DNA of 64,000 nucleotides, from positions 1,051 to 65,050 of the forward strand of contig CAXTBZ010000005.1 of the NCBI GenBank assembly GCA_964242855.1. The letters run 5' to 3'. The translations under genes were made by a program, and so were the position numbers. The stretch's first letter is position 1; each line of letters begins with the position of its first letter. This DNA comes from an uncultured Sphingomonadaceae bacterium (GTDB lineage: Bacteria > Pseudomonadota > Alphaproteobacteria > Sphingomonadales > Sphingomonadaceae). Positions 9,508 through 19,518 of the stretch are shown here, piece after piece. The notes beneath the pieces were generated by a model. The model was not told where the DNA came from, searched no databases, and saw nothing but the letters and a program-made list of their open reading frames with translations.

Positions 9508-11100
9508 GTGAGGCCAGTTCAGCAGCTCCAGGAGGCGACGGGGATCGCAGCGGAGACGGCGCTGACCTACGCTCAGATACTGGAGGCGAACAATGCCATT
9601 CAGACGATCGGCGACGACACTTATTGGCTCTGCGTGACGCGGACGGTGCAGGAATCAAAGCTTTTCCCGGTACCGGCGTACATGTTGCTCTCCTATCTGA
9701 TGTGCTTCTACCGTTATCCCGCATTGTTGCGGAAGATCGAAGCTGTGATGCCGGCGGAGGAGATCGGCGATCGGGCGCGCGTGATGGGCGGCAAGTTCGG
9801 GAATCTTTATGGCTGGGGTTTGCCCACCTTTTTCCTGCTGGGGCGCGAGATTCTGATCAATTTCGGGCTTTTGACGCCCGAGGATGCCGCCGAAGACGTC
9901 GTCTATGTCATGGATTTTTGGCGGCGCTTCAAACTCGCACAGCAACGCGAGGATGGCCACCTCAACGCGCGCGAGTTCGGCCAGCGCGTGCAATCGCTGC
10001 CCGAACGGCGCCTGCAGGTCTTCCACGCCGACCTGCATCGTTGCACGGCAGGCGACCGGCTGCACAAGGCGTCGCACGCGTTCCTCGCTGCGGTCTCGCA
10101 ATATGGTTTCCTCGTCAGTTGCGAGAGCCGCGTCACGCTCAACAACAGCGGGCCCTACAAGATTGCCGACGATCGCGAACTGATCATCCGCGACTTCAAC
10201 GATCTCGGTGTCGGCGACTTCCCGTGGCTCGATGGCGTGGCGAGCGAGGTGCCTTACAACAACCTCACCATCACCATGGAGGTGAAGGACTGCCACTTTT
10301 ACCTGATGGACGATTGGGGCAGCTTCGAATCCCGCCCGGAACTGACCGCCGACAAGCTCGTTGGCATCGGCCTCTACACCTCAGACGTGCTGTCCGAAGG
10401 CTATCAGCCGGTCGGCATGGGATCGGCGGACGAACTGGCGGTTACGCTGGAGACGCTGGCGGACATCTTCAAGCGCACGACGGTCGAGCTCTGGAAGCGC
10501 ATGGCGGTCTGGACGCGCGACCAGATGATGGATGCCGGCGCGATCATCTACTTCTCGATGATCAAGGATTTCGCGCACGTGGCCGGCGTATATGACGTCG
10601 AGGACTGGATGCGGGTCGACGCTCGGGCCGATCGTTTCCGCATCTTGTTCAACGACGAGTTCGGACGTGATTTTCTGGGCGAACTCGTTGGGCTGGTCGA
10701 CCTACCGAGCCAGCAGCTTTCACCTTATGCGATGATGCAGCATAGCGGCCGGCCGGCACGCTACCTCTCGCATATCCCGCCCTCGGCGGCAGGTGGCCTG
10801 GGCCAGGTTCGGCAGGATGTTCCTTTTAGGGGCGTGTCGCATCATCCGGGCAAGCAGGATGCTTATACCACGACGCGAGGCGTGCTGCCGCTGGCTGCCT
10901 ATAATGCGCAGGCGCAGGCGTTCACCCCGGCTGGTATGACGCCCGAGTACCGGCCGTTGAGCGACGCCTGGATCCGCTGGCATCCGGACGATCCGAAGGT
11001 CGATGCGCTTTACCGGATCGAGCAGCGTTCTTCCCGGCAGCTCGCCGGCCGCGGCGCTGGTCTCACCCGCGACGACATCGAAGCCCTCCGCCATGGATGA
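9508..11100 (+). CDS. Uncharacterised ~530-aa protein, first gene of the carboxylase operon
   Basis: GGAGG RBS before GTG at 9508; host-like codon usage; overlaps the BCCP start; no family recognised. Confidence 0.8.
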   Translation: MRPVQQLQEATGIAAETALTYAQILEANNAIQTIGDDTYWLCVTRTVQESKLFPVPAYMLLSYLMCFYRYPALLRKIEAVMPAEEIGDRARVMGGKFGNLYGWGLPTFFLLGREILINFGLLTPEDAAEDVVYVMDFWRRFKLAQQREDGHLNAREFGQRVQSLPERRLQVFHADLHRCTAGDRLHKASHAFLAAVSQYGFLVSCESRVTLNNSGPYKIADDRELIIRDFNDLGVGDFPWLDGVASEVPYNNLTITMEVKDCHFYLMDDWGSFESRPELTADKLVGIGLYTSDVLSEGYQPVGMGSADELAVTLETLADIFKRTTVELWKRMAVWTRDQMMDAGAIIYFSMIKDFAHVAGVYDVEDWMRVDARADRFRILFNDEFGRDFLGELVGLVDLPSQQLSPYAMMQHSGRPARYLSHIPPSAAGGLGQVRQDVPFRGVSHHPGKQDAYTTTRGVLPLAAYNAQAQAFTPAGMTPEYRPLSDAWIRWHPDDPKVDALYRIEQRSSRQLAGRGAGLTRDDIEALRHG

Positions 11101-11581
11101 GCCGCCTCGGCCCGAAGAGATCGAGGCGCTGGTTGCAGACTTCGAGGCTTCCGGCTGTACCGAGCTGCACATCCGCTTTGAGGGTTTCGAGCTTCACCTA
11201 TCCGCCGATCCATCCGCCGGGACGGTCGCGCGACAGGCGACACCTTTGGCTTTGGCTGCCGGGCCTGTGCCTGCACGATCGTCCGCGCCGCCAGTCTCGG
11301 TTCCCAGCGGGCAGATCGAACCAGACGACCTCGATGGCCTGGAGATCGTCCGAGCTCCGTATCTCGGCAGTTTCTACCGCGCACCCAAGCCGGGCGAGGC
11401 TGCCTATGTCGAGATCGGATCGGCGGTGACGGCGGAGAGCGAGCTCTGCCTTGTCGAAGTGATGAAGCTGTTCACGGCTGTCCGTGCGGGTATCGGCGGC
11501 ACGGTCGCGCATGTCCTGGCTGTCGACGGGCAGATGGTGGAGGCAGGCCAGCCGCTCTTCGCCATCGACGTGATGGGCTGA
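11093..11581 (+). CDS. Biotin carboxyl carrier protein
   Basis: RAPYLGSFYRAP...VEVMKLF biotinylation motif; Ala/Pro-rich linker. Confidence 0.92.
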   Translation: MDEPPRPEEIEALVADFEASGCTELHIRFEGFELHLSADPSAGTVARQATPLALAAGPVPARSSAPPVSVPSGQIEPDDLDGLEIVRAPYLGSFYRAPKPGEAAYVEIGSAVTAESELCLVEVMKLFTAVRAGIGGTVAHVLAVDGQMVEAGQPLFAIDVMG

Positions 11582-11585
11582 GCCG

Positions 11586-12953
11586 ATGACTATCGGACGC
11601 CTGTTCGTCGCCAATCGCGGCGAGATCGCATTGCGCATCGTCCGTGCCGCTCAAGCCCTGAACATCGAAACCGTGATCGGCGTGTCGTCGGCGGACCGCG
11701 AGAGCGCGGCTGCACGACTGGCCGATCGCGCCGTGGTCATCGGACCGGGGCCTGCCGCCAAATCCTATCTTGATGCCCGGCTTGTGGTCCACGCCGCGAA
11801 GGCGACCGGCTGCGACGCATTGCACCCGGGCTATGGTTTCCTGTCCGAACGGGCGATCCTGGCGCGGCTGTGCGATCAGCACGGGATTGTCTTTGTCGGC
11901 CCGGAGGCGGACATGATCGAGGCGCTCGGCGACAAGCTGCGTGCGCGTGAGATGGCGGCGGCGGCGGGTGTTCCGCTGGTGCCCGGCAGCAGCGAGATCG
12001 CCAGTGCGGCCGATGCCCGGCGCGAGGCGGATCGCATCGGCTATCCCGTGCTGCTCAAGGCGTCGGCTGGCGGCGGCGGGCGTGGCATGGTGATCGCGCA
12101 GACCGCCGACGAGGTCGATGCGGGCTTCCATAGGGCCTCGGCCGAGGCGCAGGCGGCGTTCAACGACGGCACGCTGTTCATGGAACGCTTCGTGCACCGC
12201 GCGCGCCACGTCGAGGTCCAGCTGATGGGCGACGGCGCCGGCAAGGTGCTGCATTTCGGCGAACGCGATTGCTCGGTGCAGCGCCGCTATCAGAAGCTCA
12301 TCGAGGAGGCGCCATGCGCGGCGATGCCCGAGGCGCTGAGAGCGCAGCTTCATGCCGCTGCGATCGGGCTGGCGAAGAGCGTGGACTATCGAAACGCCGG
12401 CACCGCCGAGTTCCTCTACGATGTCGAGCGACAGGAAATCTACTTCATCGAGGTCAATGCCCGCATCCAGGTCGAACATCCGGTCAGCGAAATGGTGACG
12501 GGGCAGGATCTCGTGCAGTGGCAGCTGCGCATTGCCGGCGGCGAGCCGCTCGCGCTCTCGCAAAACGATATCAAGGTCTCCGGCCACGCCATCGAGTGTC
12601 GGATCAACGCCGAGGACCCGGCGCTCGATTTTCGTCCGTCGCCCGGCCGCATCACCCGCTGGTCGCCACCCGAAGGCGAAGGCGTCCGGCTCGATACGCA
12701 CATGAGCGCGGACGCGACGATCCCGCCCTTCTACGACAGCATGATCGGCAAGCTGATCGTCACCGCCGACACCCGCACGCAGGCGATCGAGCGGCTTGCA
12801 GGCGCGCTTGCGGATTTCAAGGTCGAAGGCGTGCCGACCACCATCGATCTCCACCGCCGGATCATCGCGCATCCCAACTTCATCGCCAACCAGATCCACA
12901 CTCGCTGGCTGGAGCAGACTCTGCTCCCGGGCTACGCGGCAGCCGCGGAGTAA
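11586..12953 (+). CDS. Biotin carboxylase subunit
   Basis: ANRGEIALRI, HPGYGFLSE, GGGGRGM, ERDCSVQRRYQKLIEEAP, EVNARIQVEHPVSE, YDSMIGKLI. Confidence 0.96.
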   Translation: MTIGRLFVANRGEIALRIVRAAQALNIETVIGVSSADRESAAARLADRAVVIGPGPAAKSYLDARLVVHAAKATGCDALHPGYGFLSERAILARLCDQHGIVFVGPEADMIEALGDKLRAREMAAAAGVPLVPGSSEIASAADARREADRIGYPVLLKASAGGGGRGMVIAQTADEVDAGFHRASAEAQAAFNDGTLFMERFVHRARHVEVQLMGDGAGKVLHFGERDCSVQRRYQKLIEEAPCAAMPEALRAQLHAAAIGLAKSVDYRNAGTAEFLYDVERQEIYFIEVNARIQVEHPVSEMVTGQDLVQWQLRIAGGEPLALSQNDIKVSGHAIECRINAEDPALDFRPSPGRITRWSPPEGEGVRLDTHMSADATIPPFYDSMIGKLIVTADTRTQAIERLAGALADFKVEGVPTTIDLHRRIIAHPNFIANQIHTRWLEQTLLPGYAAAAE

Positions 12954-12955
12954 CC

Positions 12956-14413
12956 ATGGCGCACATCCAGTTCCTCGACGAGACGATGCGCGACGGGCAG
13001 CAGAGCCTGTGGGGGATGCGGATGCAGGCGGGCATGGCCTACCCCGTCGCCTCGACCATTGACCGGACGGGCTATAACACGATCAGCTTCGCAGGCTCCT
13101 CGCTGTTCGAGGTGCTGATCCGCCACTGCCACGAGGATCCGTGGGCCGGGCTTGATCTGGTGATGAGCCAGATCAGGCGGACGCCGGTGCGCGGCGGCAT
13201 CCGATCCAACGGCTCGGTGACCTTCGGCTTTACGCCCGATGCGCTGATGGACCTATGGATGGAGCGGTTGTGCGTTCACGGCGTCCGTTCCTGGTGGATC
13301 TACGATGTGCTGTTCAACATCGGCAAGATGGAGCGTCTGGCGAAGCTCGCCAAGAAGCATGACTGCAAGGTCGCGGGTACCATGCTGTTCACCTTGTCTC
13401 CGGTCCACGACGATGCTTTCTGGGCCGACAAGGCCGACAAGCTTTCGGCGCTGCCCGAGGTCGACAGCCTGCTGCTCTATGATACCGGCGGCGTGCTCGA
13501 TCGCGATCGGATCAAGACGCTGGTGCCGGCGATCGTCGCCAAGGCGCGCGGCAAGCCGATCGAGATGCATTCGAACAACATGCTCGGGCAATCGGCCAAG
13601 GCTTACTGTGATGCCGTGGAGTTCGGCGTGTCGGTGCTGCACACCGCGTCCCGCTCGATGGCGAACGGCCCCTCGATCCCGTCGATCGACATCATGGTCA
13701 AGAACATCGAGGCGCTTGGCCACACCCACGACATCGATACCTCGCTGCTGAAGCCGGTATCCGATCACTTCGAACGGGTCGGCAAGACGGCGGGCTACCT
13801 CGTCAACCAGCATTACGAATATGATGTCGCGGCGCTCACCTCGCAGGTTCCCGGCGGCATGATGGGAACGCTCCGCAATCAGCTCATCCAGCAGAACATG
13901 CTCGAGAAGCTGCCCGAGGTGCTGGAGGAGGTGGCAACGGTGCGGCGTGAGCTTGGCTATCCCGGCATGGCGACGCCGTTCGCGCAGTTGGTCGGCACGG
14001 TGGCGGTGCTCAACATCGTCACCGGCAAGCGCTACGGCACCGTGCCGGACGAGGTGATCCAGTATGCCGCAGGCTATTATGGCGAGCCGCCCGCTCCGAT
14101 CGAGCCGCAAGTGATGGACCGCATCATGGCGGCGCCGCGTGCCAGGGACATCGTCGAGCATCCGCCGCAGCAACCGAGCATCGAGGATCTGCGCCGTCAG
14201 CACGGCACCGGCGAGGATGATGACGAACTCATCCTGCGCGCGCTGGTGCCCGCCGCCGACATCGATCGGATGCGCGAGGCCGGACCGCCCCGCAAGACCT
14301 ATCCGACGCTCTCCTCACCAGAGCTCGATCAAGCGCGCAAGCTGATGAAGACGGCAAGCTCGCCCTATGTGCGGCTGCACACCGAGGGGCTTGATCTGAC
14401 GCTCCGGCGCTGA
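12956..14413 (+). CDS. Pyruvate carboxylase subunit B-like carboxyltransferase (no attached biotin domain)
   Basis: DETMRDGQQSL, MHSNN (HxH-like metal site), QVPGGM, VRRELGYPGMATPFAQLVG. Confidence 0.9.
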   Translation: MAHIQFLDETMRDGQQSLWGMRMQAGMAYPVASTIDRTGYNTISFAGSSLFEVLIRHCHEDPWAGLDLVMSQIRRTPVRGGIRSNGSVTFGFTPDALMDLWMERLCVHGVRSWWIYDVLFNIGKMERLAKLAKKHDCKVAGTMLFTLSPVHDDAFWADKADKLSALPEVDSLLLYDTGGVLDRDRIKTLVPAIVAKARGKPIEMHSNNMLGQSAKAYCDAVEFGVSVLHTASRSMANGPSIPSIDIMVKNIEALGHTHDIDTSLLKPVSDHFERVGKTAGYLVNQHYEYDVAALTSQVPGGMMGTLRNQLIQQNMLEKLPEVLEEVATVRRELGYPGMATPFAQLVGTVAVLNIVTGKRYGTVPDEVIQYAAGYYGEPPAPIEPQVMDRIMAAPRARDIVEHPPQQPSIEDLRRQHGTGEDDDELILRALVPAADIDRMREAGPPRKTYPTLSSPELDQARKLMKTASSPYVRLHTEGLDLTLRR

Positions 14414-14427
14414 GCGGACTGCCGCCG

Positions 14428-15975
14428 ATGCGCATGATCGACTATTTCGACCGCGGCGCCCGCATCGCGCACGACCGTCCCTGCCTAGTGACGGACGATA
14501 GGACACGGACCTACGCGGACGTTCGTGCGCAAAGCAACCGGATCGGCAACGGGCTTATCGCTGATGGCTTTGCGGCAGGCGCCCATGGCGCCGTACTGAG
14601 CGGCAACGATCCCCGCGCGTTCGAGTGCATCCTCGGCATCCTGCGGGCCGACGGTGTGTGGGTGATGGCGAACCACCGTGCGAGCGAAGACGAGAACGCG
14701 TATCTGCTCGACCTGCTCGACGTCGATACGCTGTTCGTCCATTCCGAGGTTGCGAACCGCATCGCCAGGTTCCGCCGCGATTGCCCGACGATCCGGCGCT
14801 ACATCGCGCTCGACAAGCCGTTTGCCGAGGCAGACGCCTTCCTGGAGGACTGGATTGGGGATGAAACGGACGTCGTCCAGCGCCGCGCCGGAGCGCCTGA
14901 TGAACTTGCTTTCCTGGGCGCGACCGGCGGCACCACCGGCCGCTCGAAAGGCGTGATGCTGACCAACCTGGTCTGGCAGTCGCTCGTCTCCAGCCTGGTC
15001 GCTTCGATGCCCATGAAGGTGCCACCGGTGAACTGCGTGGCGGCACCCATGACGCATGCCGCAGGTCCACTTGCGCTGGCGAGCATGGCGCTGGGCGGCA
15101 CCGTGGTGGTGCTGCCCAAATTCGATCCCGGTCTGGTCCTAGATGCGATCGAGCGGGAGCGAATAACCTACATGTTCCTGCCGCCGACAGCGATCTACAT
15201 GCTGCTGGTACATCCTGATGTGCGGACGCGCGATCTCTCCAGCCTTGAATATATCTCCTATGCCGGCGCGCCGATGTCGCTCGATCGGTTGCGCGAGGCG
15301 ATCGACGTGTTCGGGCCGGTGATGAACGCCAGCTTCGGGCAAACCGAAAGCCCGATGTGCGTCACGGCGCTGCCTCCGCACGAGCATCTTGCCGCCGACG
15401 GCAGCCTAGCGCGGCCGGGCAGTTGCGGGCGCGCCAATCTGCTGTCGATCGTGGAGGTTATGGACGACGAGGGGAACATCCTGCCGCCAGGCGAGCGCGG
15501 CGAGATCGTGGTGCGCGGCCCGCTGGTCATGACCGGCTATTACAAGGACCCGGAGGCGACCGCCGAGGCATCACGCTTCGGCTGGCATCACACCGGCGAC
15601 ATCGGTTACCGCGACGCCGACGGCTTCTTCTATATCGTCGATCGGAAGAAGGACATGATCATCTCCGGCGGCTTCAACGTCTATCCCGCCGAGGTCGAAC
15701 AGGTGCTGCAGGCGCATCCTGCGGTGCAGGACTGCGCGGTATTCGGCGTGCCGGACGAGAAGTGGGGCGAGAGCGTCACTGCCGTGGTGGAGCGCCGCAT
15801 CGACGCCGATGTCGATGCCGATGCGATCCTCGCCTTCGCGCGCGAACGGCTGGGCGCGGTGAAGACGCCCAAGACGCTGAGCTTCATCGACAGCCTGCCG
15901 CGCAGCACCGCGGGCAAGGTGCTGCGAGCGGAGTTGCGTCGCCCTTTCTGGGAAGGGCAGGAGGGGACGATCTGA
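14428..15975 (+). CDS. Acyl-CoA synthetase (AMP-binding family)
   Basis: TGGTTGRSKG P-loop, FGQTE, HTGDIG, DRKKDMIISGGFNVYP, GKVL. Confidence 0.93.
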   Translation: MRMIDYFDRGARIAHDRPCLVTDDRTRTYADVRAQSNRIGNGLIADGFAAGAHGAVLSGNDPRAFECILGILRADGVWVMANHRASEDENAYLLDLLDVDTLFVHSEVANRIARFRRDCPTIRRYIALDKPFAEADAFLEDWIGDETDVVQRRAGAPDELAFLGATGGTTGRSKGVMLTNLVWQSLVSSLVASMPMKVPPVNCVAAPMTHAAGPLALASMALGGTVVVLPKFDPGLVLDAIERERITYMFLPPTAIYMLLVHPDVRTRDLSSLEYISYAGAPMSLDRLREAIDVFGPVMNASFGQTESPMCVTALPPHEHLAADGSLARPGSCGRANLLSIVEVMDDEGNILPPGERGEIVVRGPLVMTGYYKDPEATAEASRFGWHHTGDIGYRDADGFFYIVDRKKDMIISGGFNVYPAEVEQVLQAHPAVQDCAVFGVPDEKWGESVTAVVERRIDADVDADAILAFARERLGAVKTPKTLSFIDSLPRSTAGKVLRAELRRPFWEGQEGTI

Positions 15976-17198
15976 TGCGGGACGTGTTCGTCGTCGGTAT
16001 CGGCATGACGCCCTTCGGTCAGCATCTTGACAAGACACACACCGATCTGACCCGCTGGTCGGTAAAGGACGCGCTGGCCGATGCCGGTATCGCGCCGTCG
16101 GCAATCGACATGGCGATCTACGCTAATGTGACGCAAGGCTTCGTTTCAGGCGAGATGTCCATCCCGGGCGAATATGCCTTGCGTCCACTCGGCATTGAAG
16201 GGGTTCGAGCCGTCCACGTCGAAGCCGCCTGCGCCAGTGCCACCATGGGCTTCCATCTTGCCTACGACTACATTCGCGCTGGCCTCGCCGATGTCGCGCT
16301 CGTCGTCGGCACCGAGAAGCTGTATTCGGATGATCCTGCACGCAAGTTCGCGGTGTTCCAGCAGCCGCTCGATATAGCCGAGGCGCAACGCTATCTCGCC
16401 ACGACCGAGGGCAAGCTGGCGCCCATGCCAGCCAGCGCGCAAGGGCCAAGCGTCAACGCGCTGATGGACGCATATGCAGCGCAGGCGCGCCTGCACATGG
16501 CCACCTACGGAACAACGGCGCGGCAGATTGCTGCAGTCGCCTCCAAGAACCACATGCATTCGGTGCACAACCCGCGCTCGCAATATCGCAATGCCATGAG
16601 CGTCGATGAGGTGCTTGCGGCCCGTGCGGTGGCCTGGCCGCTAACCGTGCCGATGTGCGCACCGATCAGCGACGGATCGGCCGCCGCCATCCTCTGTTCC
16701 GCGGACCATGCACGCAAGCTCGACGGTAAAACGATCCGCGTGCTTGCCTGCCACTCGCAAACCGGACGCGATCGTGCTGCCGACGACTATCAGCGTCATG
16801 TCACCCGTACAGTCTCTTCGCGAGCCTACGAAATGGCCGGCATCGGCCCGAACGAGATCGACGTGGTCGAGGTGCACGACGCGAGCTCATCCGGTGAGAT
16901 CGTCCAGATCGAGGCTGTAGCGCTATGCCCGCCGGGAGAGGCTGGGCCCCGCGCCGAGCGCGGTGAGTTCTCCATCGGCGGCCGGGTGCCCGTGAACACG
17001 TCGGGCGGATTGGTCTCCAAGGGTCATCCGCTCGGCGCGACCGGCCTCGGTCAAATCTTCGAGCTGGTGGAGCAGTTGCGCGGTGTAGCCGGCAAACGCC
17101 AGGTCGGCGGCGCCCGCATCGCGATGGCCGAGAACTCAGGCGGATTCTACGGGGTTGAGGATGGCATGGCGTGCGTCTCCATCCTCGCGCGGATTTAG
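15975..17198 (+). CDS. Thiolase family protein (SCP-x/SCP2-thiolase type)
   Basis: VEAACAS, DVVEVHDA, NTSGGLVSKGHPLGATG. Confidence 0.9.
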   Translation: MRDVFVVGIGMTPFGQHLDKTHTDLTRWSVKDALADAGIAPSAIDMAIYANVTQGFVSGEMSIPGEYALRPLGIEGVRAVHVEAACASATMGFHLAYDYIRAGLADVALVVGTEKLYSDDPARKFAVFQQPLDIAEAQRYLATTEGKLAPMPASAQGPSVNALMDAYAAQARLHMATYGTTARQIAAVASKNHMHSVHNPRSQYRNAMSVDEVLAARAVAWPLTVPMCAPISDGSAAAILCSADHARKLDGKTIRVLACHSQTGRDRAADDYQRHVTRTVSSRAYEMAGIGPNEIDVVEVHDASSSGEIVQIEAVALCPPGEAGPRAERGEFSIGGRVPVNTSGGLVSKGHPLGATGLGQIFELVEQLRGVAGKRQVGGARIAMAENSGGFYGVEDGMACVSILARI

Positions 17199-17998
17199 GC
17201 TGCGGCCGTTACCGGACCAAGCAGATCGGACAGGCTTCCTCTAAGATCATGCGCCAGCAAACGATCGGTCATGTCGAGCTGGAGCGGAGTGATCGAGATG
17301 GCACCGTCGCGCATGGCCGCAAGGTCGGTGCAATCCTCGATCTCGCCTTCGAGATGCGCGATCTTGATCCAGTAATAGGGGACGGTGCGCTCGTCGATCC
17401 GGCGTTTCGGCAGATAGGATCCCGGCGGGCGGCGGCCCTGGCTGGTGATCCTGATGCCGGTGATCGCTGCGATCGGCCGATCCGGCACATTGACGTTGAC
17501 GAAGGTGCCGGGGCGGACGGGATGCTGCATCAACCGCTCGATGATGCCGGGCAGATAGTGGCGCGATGTATCCCAGTGTACCGGCTGCTGATAGCGCAGG
17601 AACTGGCTGAGCGCGACCGAGGGGATGCCGAGCATGGCGCCCTCCATCGCCGCCGAGCAGGTGCCCGAATAGGTTATGTCCTCGGCAAGGTTCGGCCCGG
17701 CGTTGATGCCCGAGAACAAGATATCGGGCTTACGATCGCCGAGCAGTTCATGGATACCGAGCAGGGCGCAATCGGTCGGCGAGCCTTTGATTGCGAAATG
17801 GCGTTCGTCGCGTTGCTTCACGCGGATTGGGTGCGAGATCGAGATCGAGTGGCCTGCGCCTGAACGCTCCTCGTCCGGCGCCACGACCCACACATCGTCG
17901 CTGAAGCGCCCGACCAGTTCCTCGAGCAGCCTTATCCCTGGCCCGTCGATACCGTCGTCGTTGACGATGAGCACGCGCGGTGATGTCGATGAAACCAT
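17195..17998 (-). CDS. surE: 5'/3'-nucleotidase SurE family phosphatase
   Basis: LIVNDDG, VVAPDEERSGAGHS, GSPTDC, SGINAGPN...YSGT, ISITPL; GGAGG RBS. Confidence 0.93.
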   Translation of the reverse strand: MVSSTSPRVLIVNDDGIDGPGIRLLEELVGRFSDDVWVVAPDEERSGAGHSISISHPIRVKQRDERHFAIKGSPTDCALLGIHELLGDRKPDILFSGINAGPNLAEDITYSGTCSAAMEGAMLGIPSVALSQFLRYQQPVHWDTSRHYLPGIIERLMQHPVRPGTFVNVNVPDRPIAAITGIRITSQGRRPPGSYLPKRRIDERTVPYYWIKIAHLEGEIEDCTDLAAMRDGAISITPLQLDMTDRLLAHDLRGSLSDLLGPVTAAA

Positions 17999-18057
17999 GT
18001 CCGCTCCTCCCCTTCTGACGAGACTGGTGCCACAGCGATCCAATAACGTCGAATAAA

Positions 18058-18091
18058 ATCGTCAGACGATATTTCTTGTTCTTGATTGACA
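18058..18091 (+). promoter_or_regulatory. Palindromic operator ATCGTCAGACGAT plus TTGACA, in the divergent surE / kinase-operon region
   Basis: Perfect palindrome at 18058-18070; TTGACA at 18086-18091; nearly the same spacing as the 9406 site. Confidence 0.75.
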
Positions 18092-18166
18092 ACGCGGTTG
18101 TTGGTCTGCTCAGAAGGAGCAGCGGCGCATCGTCAGAATGCGCAGCGGCGAGGGAGACGAATTGCA

Positions 18167-18919
18167 ATGAAACCGCTCCCGATCGATAATCTCAGGAACA
18201 TTTCGCCTCCGGCAAGCCCTACAGTGGAGGCGACACTGGAACTGGTTCGCGAAGTGGCGCGTCGGCGGTTCAACGAGTGGCCGGGCGACTGGGCCAGCTT
18301 CGCTGCCGAGGGTGCGGATAAGCTGGTGACGCGCGCCGACATGGAGGAGGCCGAGCGCAGGCTGCTGGCGAGCGGCCACCGCTTCGATTGGTCGGCGTCG
18401 GTTTCGGTGGCCGAGCGGACCGAGGCGTACAAGGCTGCCGACGGCGCGGCGGACTCTCCTGACTTCTCGTTCGAACATCCCGATGCGGTGATCGCTGCAA
18501 GCGACGAGATGGGCCGCGAGCAGCGCGGCGTCGGCGACAATGTCGTCCGGCACGAACGTAACGTCTCCGGGATTGCGCGTTACATCCGCAACAATGCCCG
18601 CGTCCTCGCCTATCTCAACGACGGGGTGCCGCCGGGCACCATCGCCGTGATCGACGACTCGGGTGGCACCCTGACGGCACCGATCATCGAGCAGTTCGCC
18701 GGCGTGATCTGCGCTGGCGGGTCGGTGCGCTCGCACCTCGGCATCCTATCGCGCGAATATGGCATTCCTTGCCTGATGAACGCGCGCGTGAGCGGTATCC
18801 GCGATGGTGACCGCGTCGAGATCGAGGCGACCGCCGCTGCCAAGACCGCGGAGGATTATCAGACCGGGACGGAGCGGGTTGGCCGGATCTGGCGCCTCCC
18901 CGCCGAGGATGCGCGATGA
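18167..18919 (+). CDS. PEP-utilising enzyme mobile (phospho-His swivel) domain protein with an unknown N-terminal domain
   Basis: GVICAGGSVRSHLGILSREYGIPC motif; GGAG RBS before ATG at 18167. Confidence 0.85.
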   Translation: MKPLPIDNLRNISPPASPTVEATLELVREVARRRFNEWPGDWASFAAEGADKLVTRADMEEAERRLLASGHRFDWSASVSVAERTEAYKAADGAADSPDFSFEHPDAVIAASDEMGREQRGVGDNVVRHERNVSGIARYIRNNARVLAYLNDGVPPGTIAVIDDSGGTLTAPIIEQFAGVICAGGSVRSHLGILSREYGIPCLMNARVSGIRDGDRVEIEATAAAKTAEDYQTGTERVGRIWRLPAEDAR

Positions 18920-19518
18920 GCCCGCGCCATCTTGCCTTCCATGGTCTGGCGATCAAACGACTCGCCGATGCCAAGGCGGTGTCCGATCTCGTCGGCGTGC
19001 CCGAGGCGATCATCTCGCACGAGCTCTCCCGCGCCGTCGCCAGCGGCCGCGCGGTCGAAGCCAAAGGTGGCTTTACGCTCGCGCCGCTCGCAAGGGTCGC
19101 GCTCGAGGCAAGCTATGGCGGTCTCTACGGCACCTTGCGGGAGGATAGCGCATTCGAGGCGGCCTATCAGCGCTTCGAAGCCGTCAATCGCTCGCTGAAG
19201 CAGGTCATCACCGACTGGCAGACGATGGAGGTGCGCGGCGAGCGCGTCGCCAATGACCATAGCGACGAAGGCTATGATCAGAAAGTGATCGACCGCCTCG
19301 GCGACATCCACGAGAAGATCGAACCGGTGCTGAGCGCGCTTGCCGTCAAGCTGCCGCGTCTCGGTGTCTATGCCAAGAAGCTGACCGCTGCGCTTGAACA
19401 GGCCGAGGACGGGGACATTGCATGGGTGAGCGACATCCGCCGCGAGAGTTACCACACTGTCTGGTTCGAGCTGCATGAGGATCTGCTGCGGATCATGGGA
19501 ACGGTTCGCGACGAATGA
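18916..19518 (+). CDS. Conserved hypothetical protein with a winged-helix-like N-terminus, associated with the PPDK-like gene
   Basis: C-terminal SYHTVWFELHEDLL motif; 4-nt overlaps with both neighbours. Confidence 0.75.
   Translation: MSPRHLAFHGLAIKRLADAKAVSDLVGVPEAIISHELSRAVASGRAVEAKGGFTLAPLARVALEASYGGLYGTLREDSAFEAAYQRFEAVNRSLKQVITDWQTMEVRGERVANDHSDEGYDQKVIDRLGDIHEKIEPVLSALAVKLPRLGVYAKKLTAALEQAEDGDIAWVSDIRRESYHTVWFELHEDLLRIMGTVRDE

Noticed and set aside
12269-12955. N-terminal extension of the 714-aa ORF (similar extensions at 15357-15974 and 61482-62237)
   Set aside because: These overlap the upstream gene out of frame or antisense; the true starts are the internal ATGs
11093-14413. Housekeeping acetyl-CoA carboxylase or pyruvate carboxylase (accBC/pyc)
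   Set aside because: No accA/accD; context is a CoA ligase/thiolase catabolic operon, so gene symbols were not assigned
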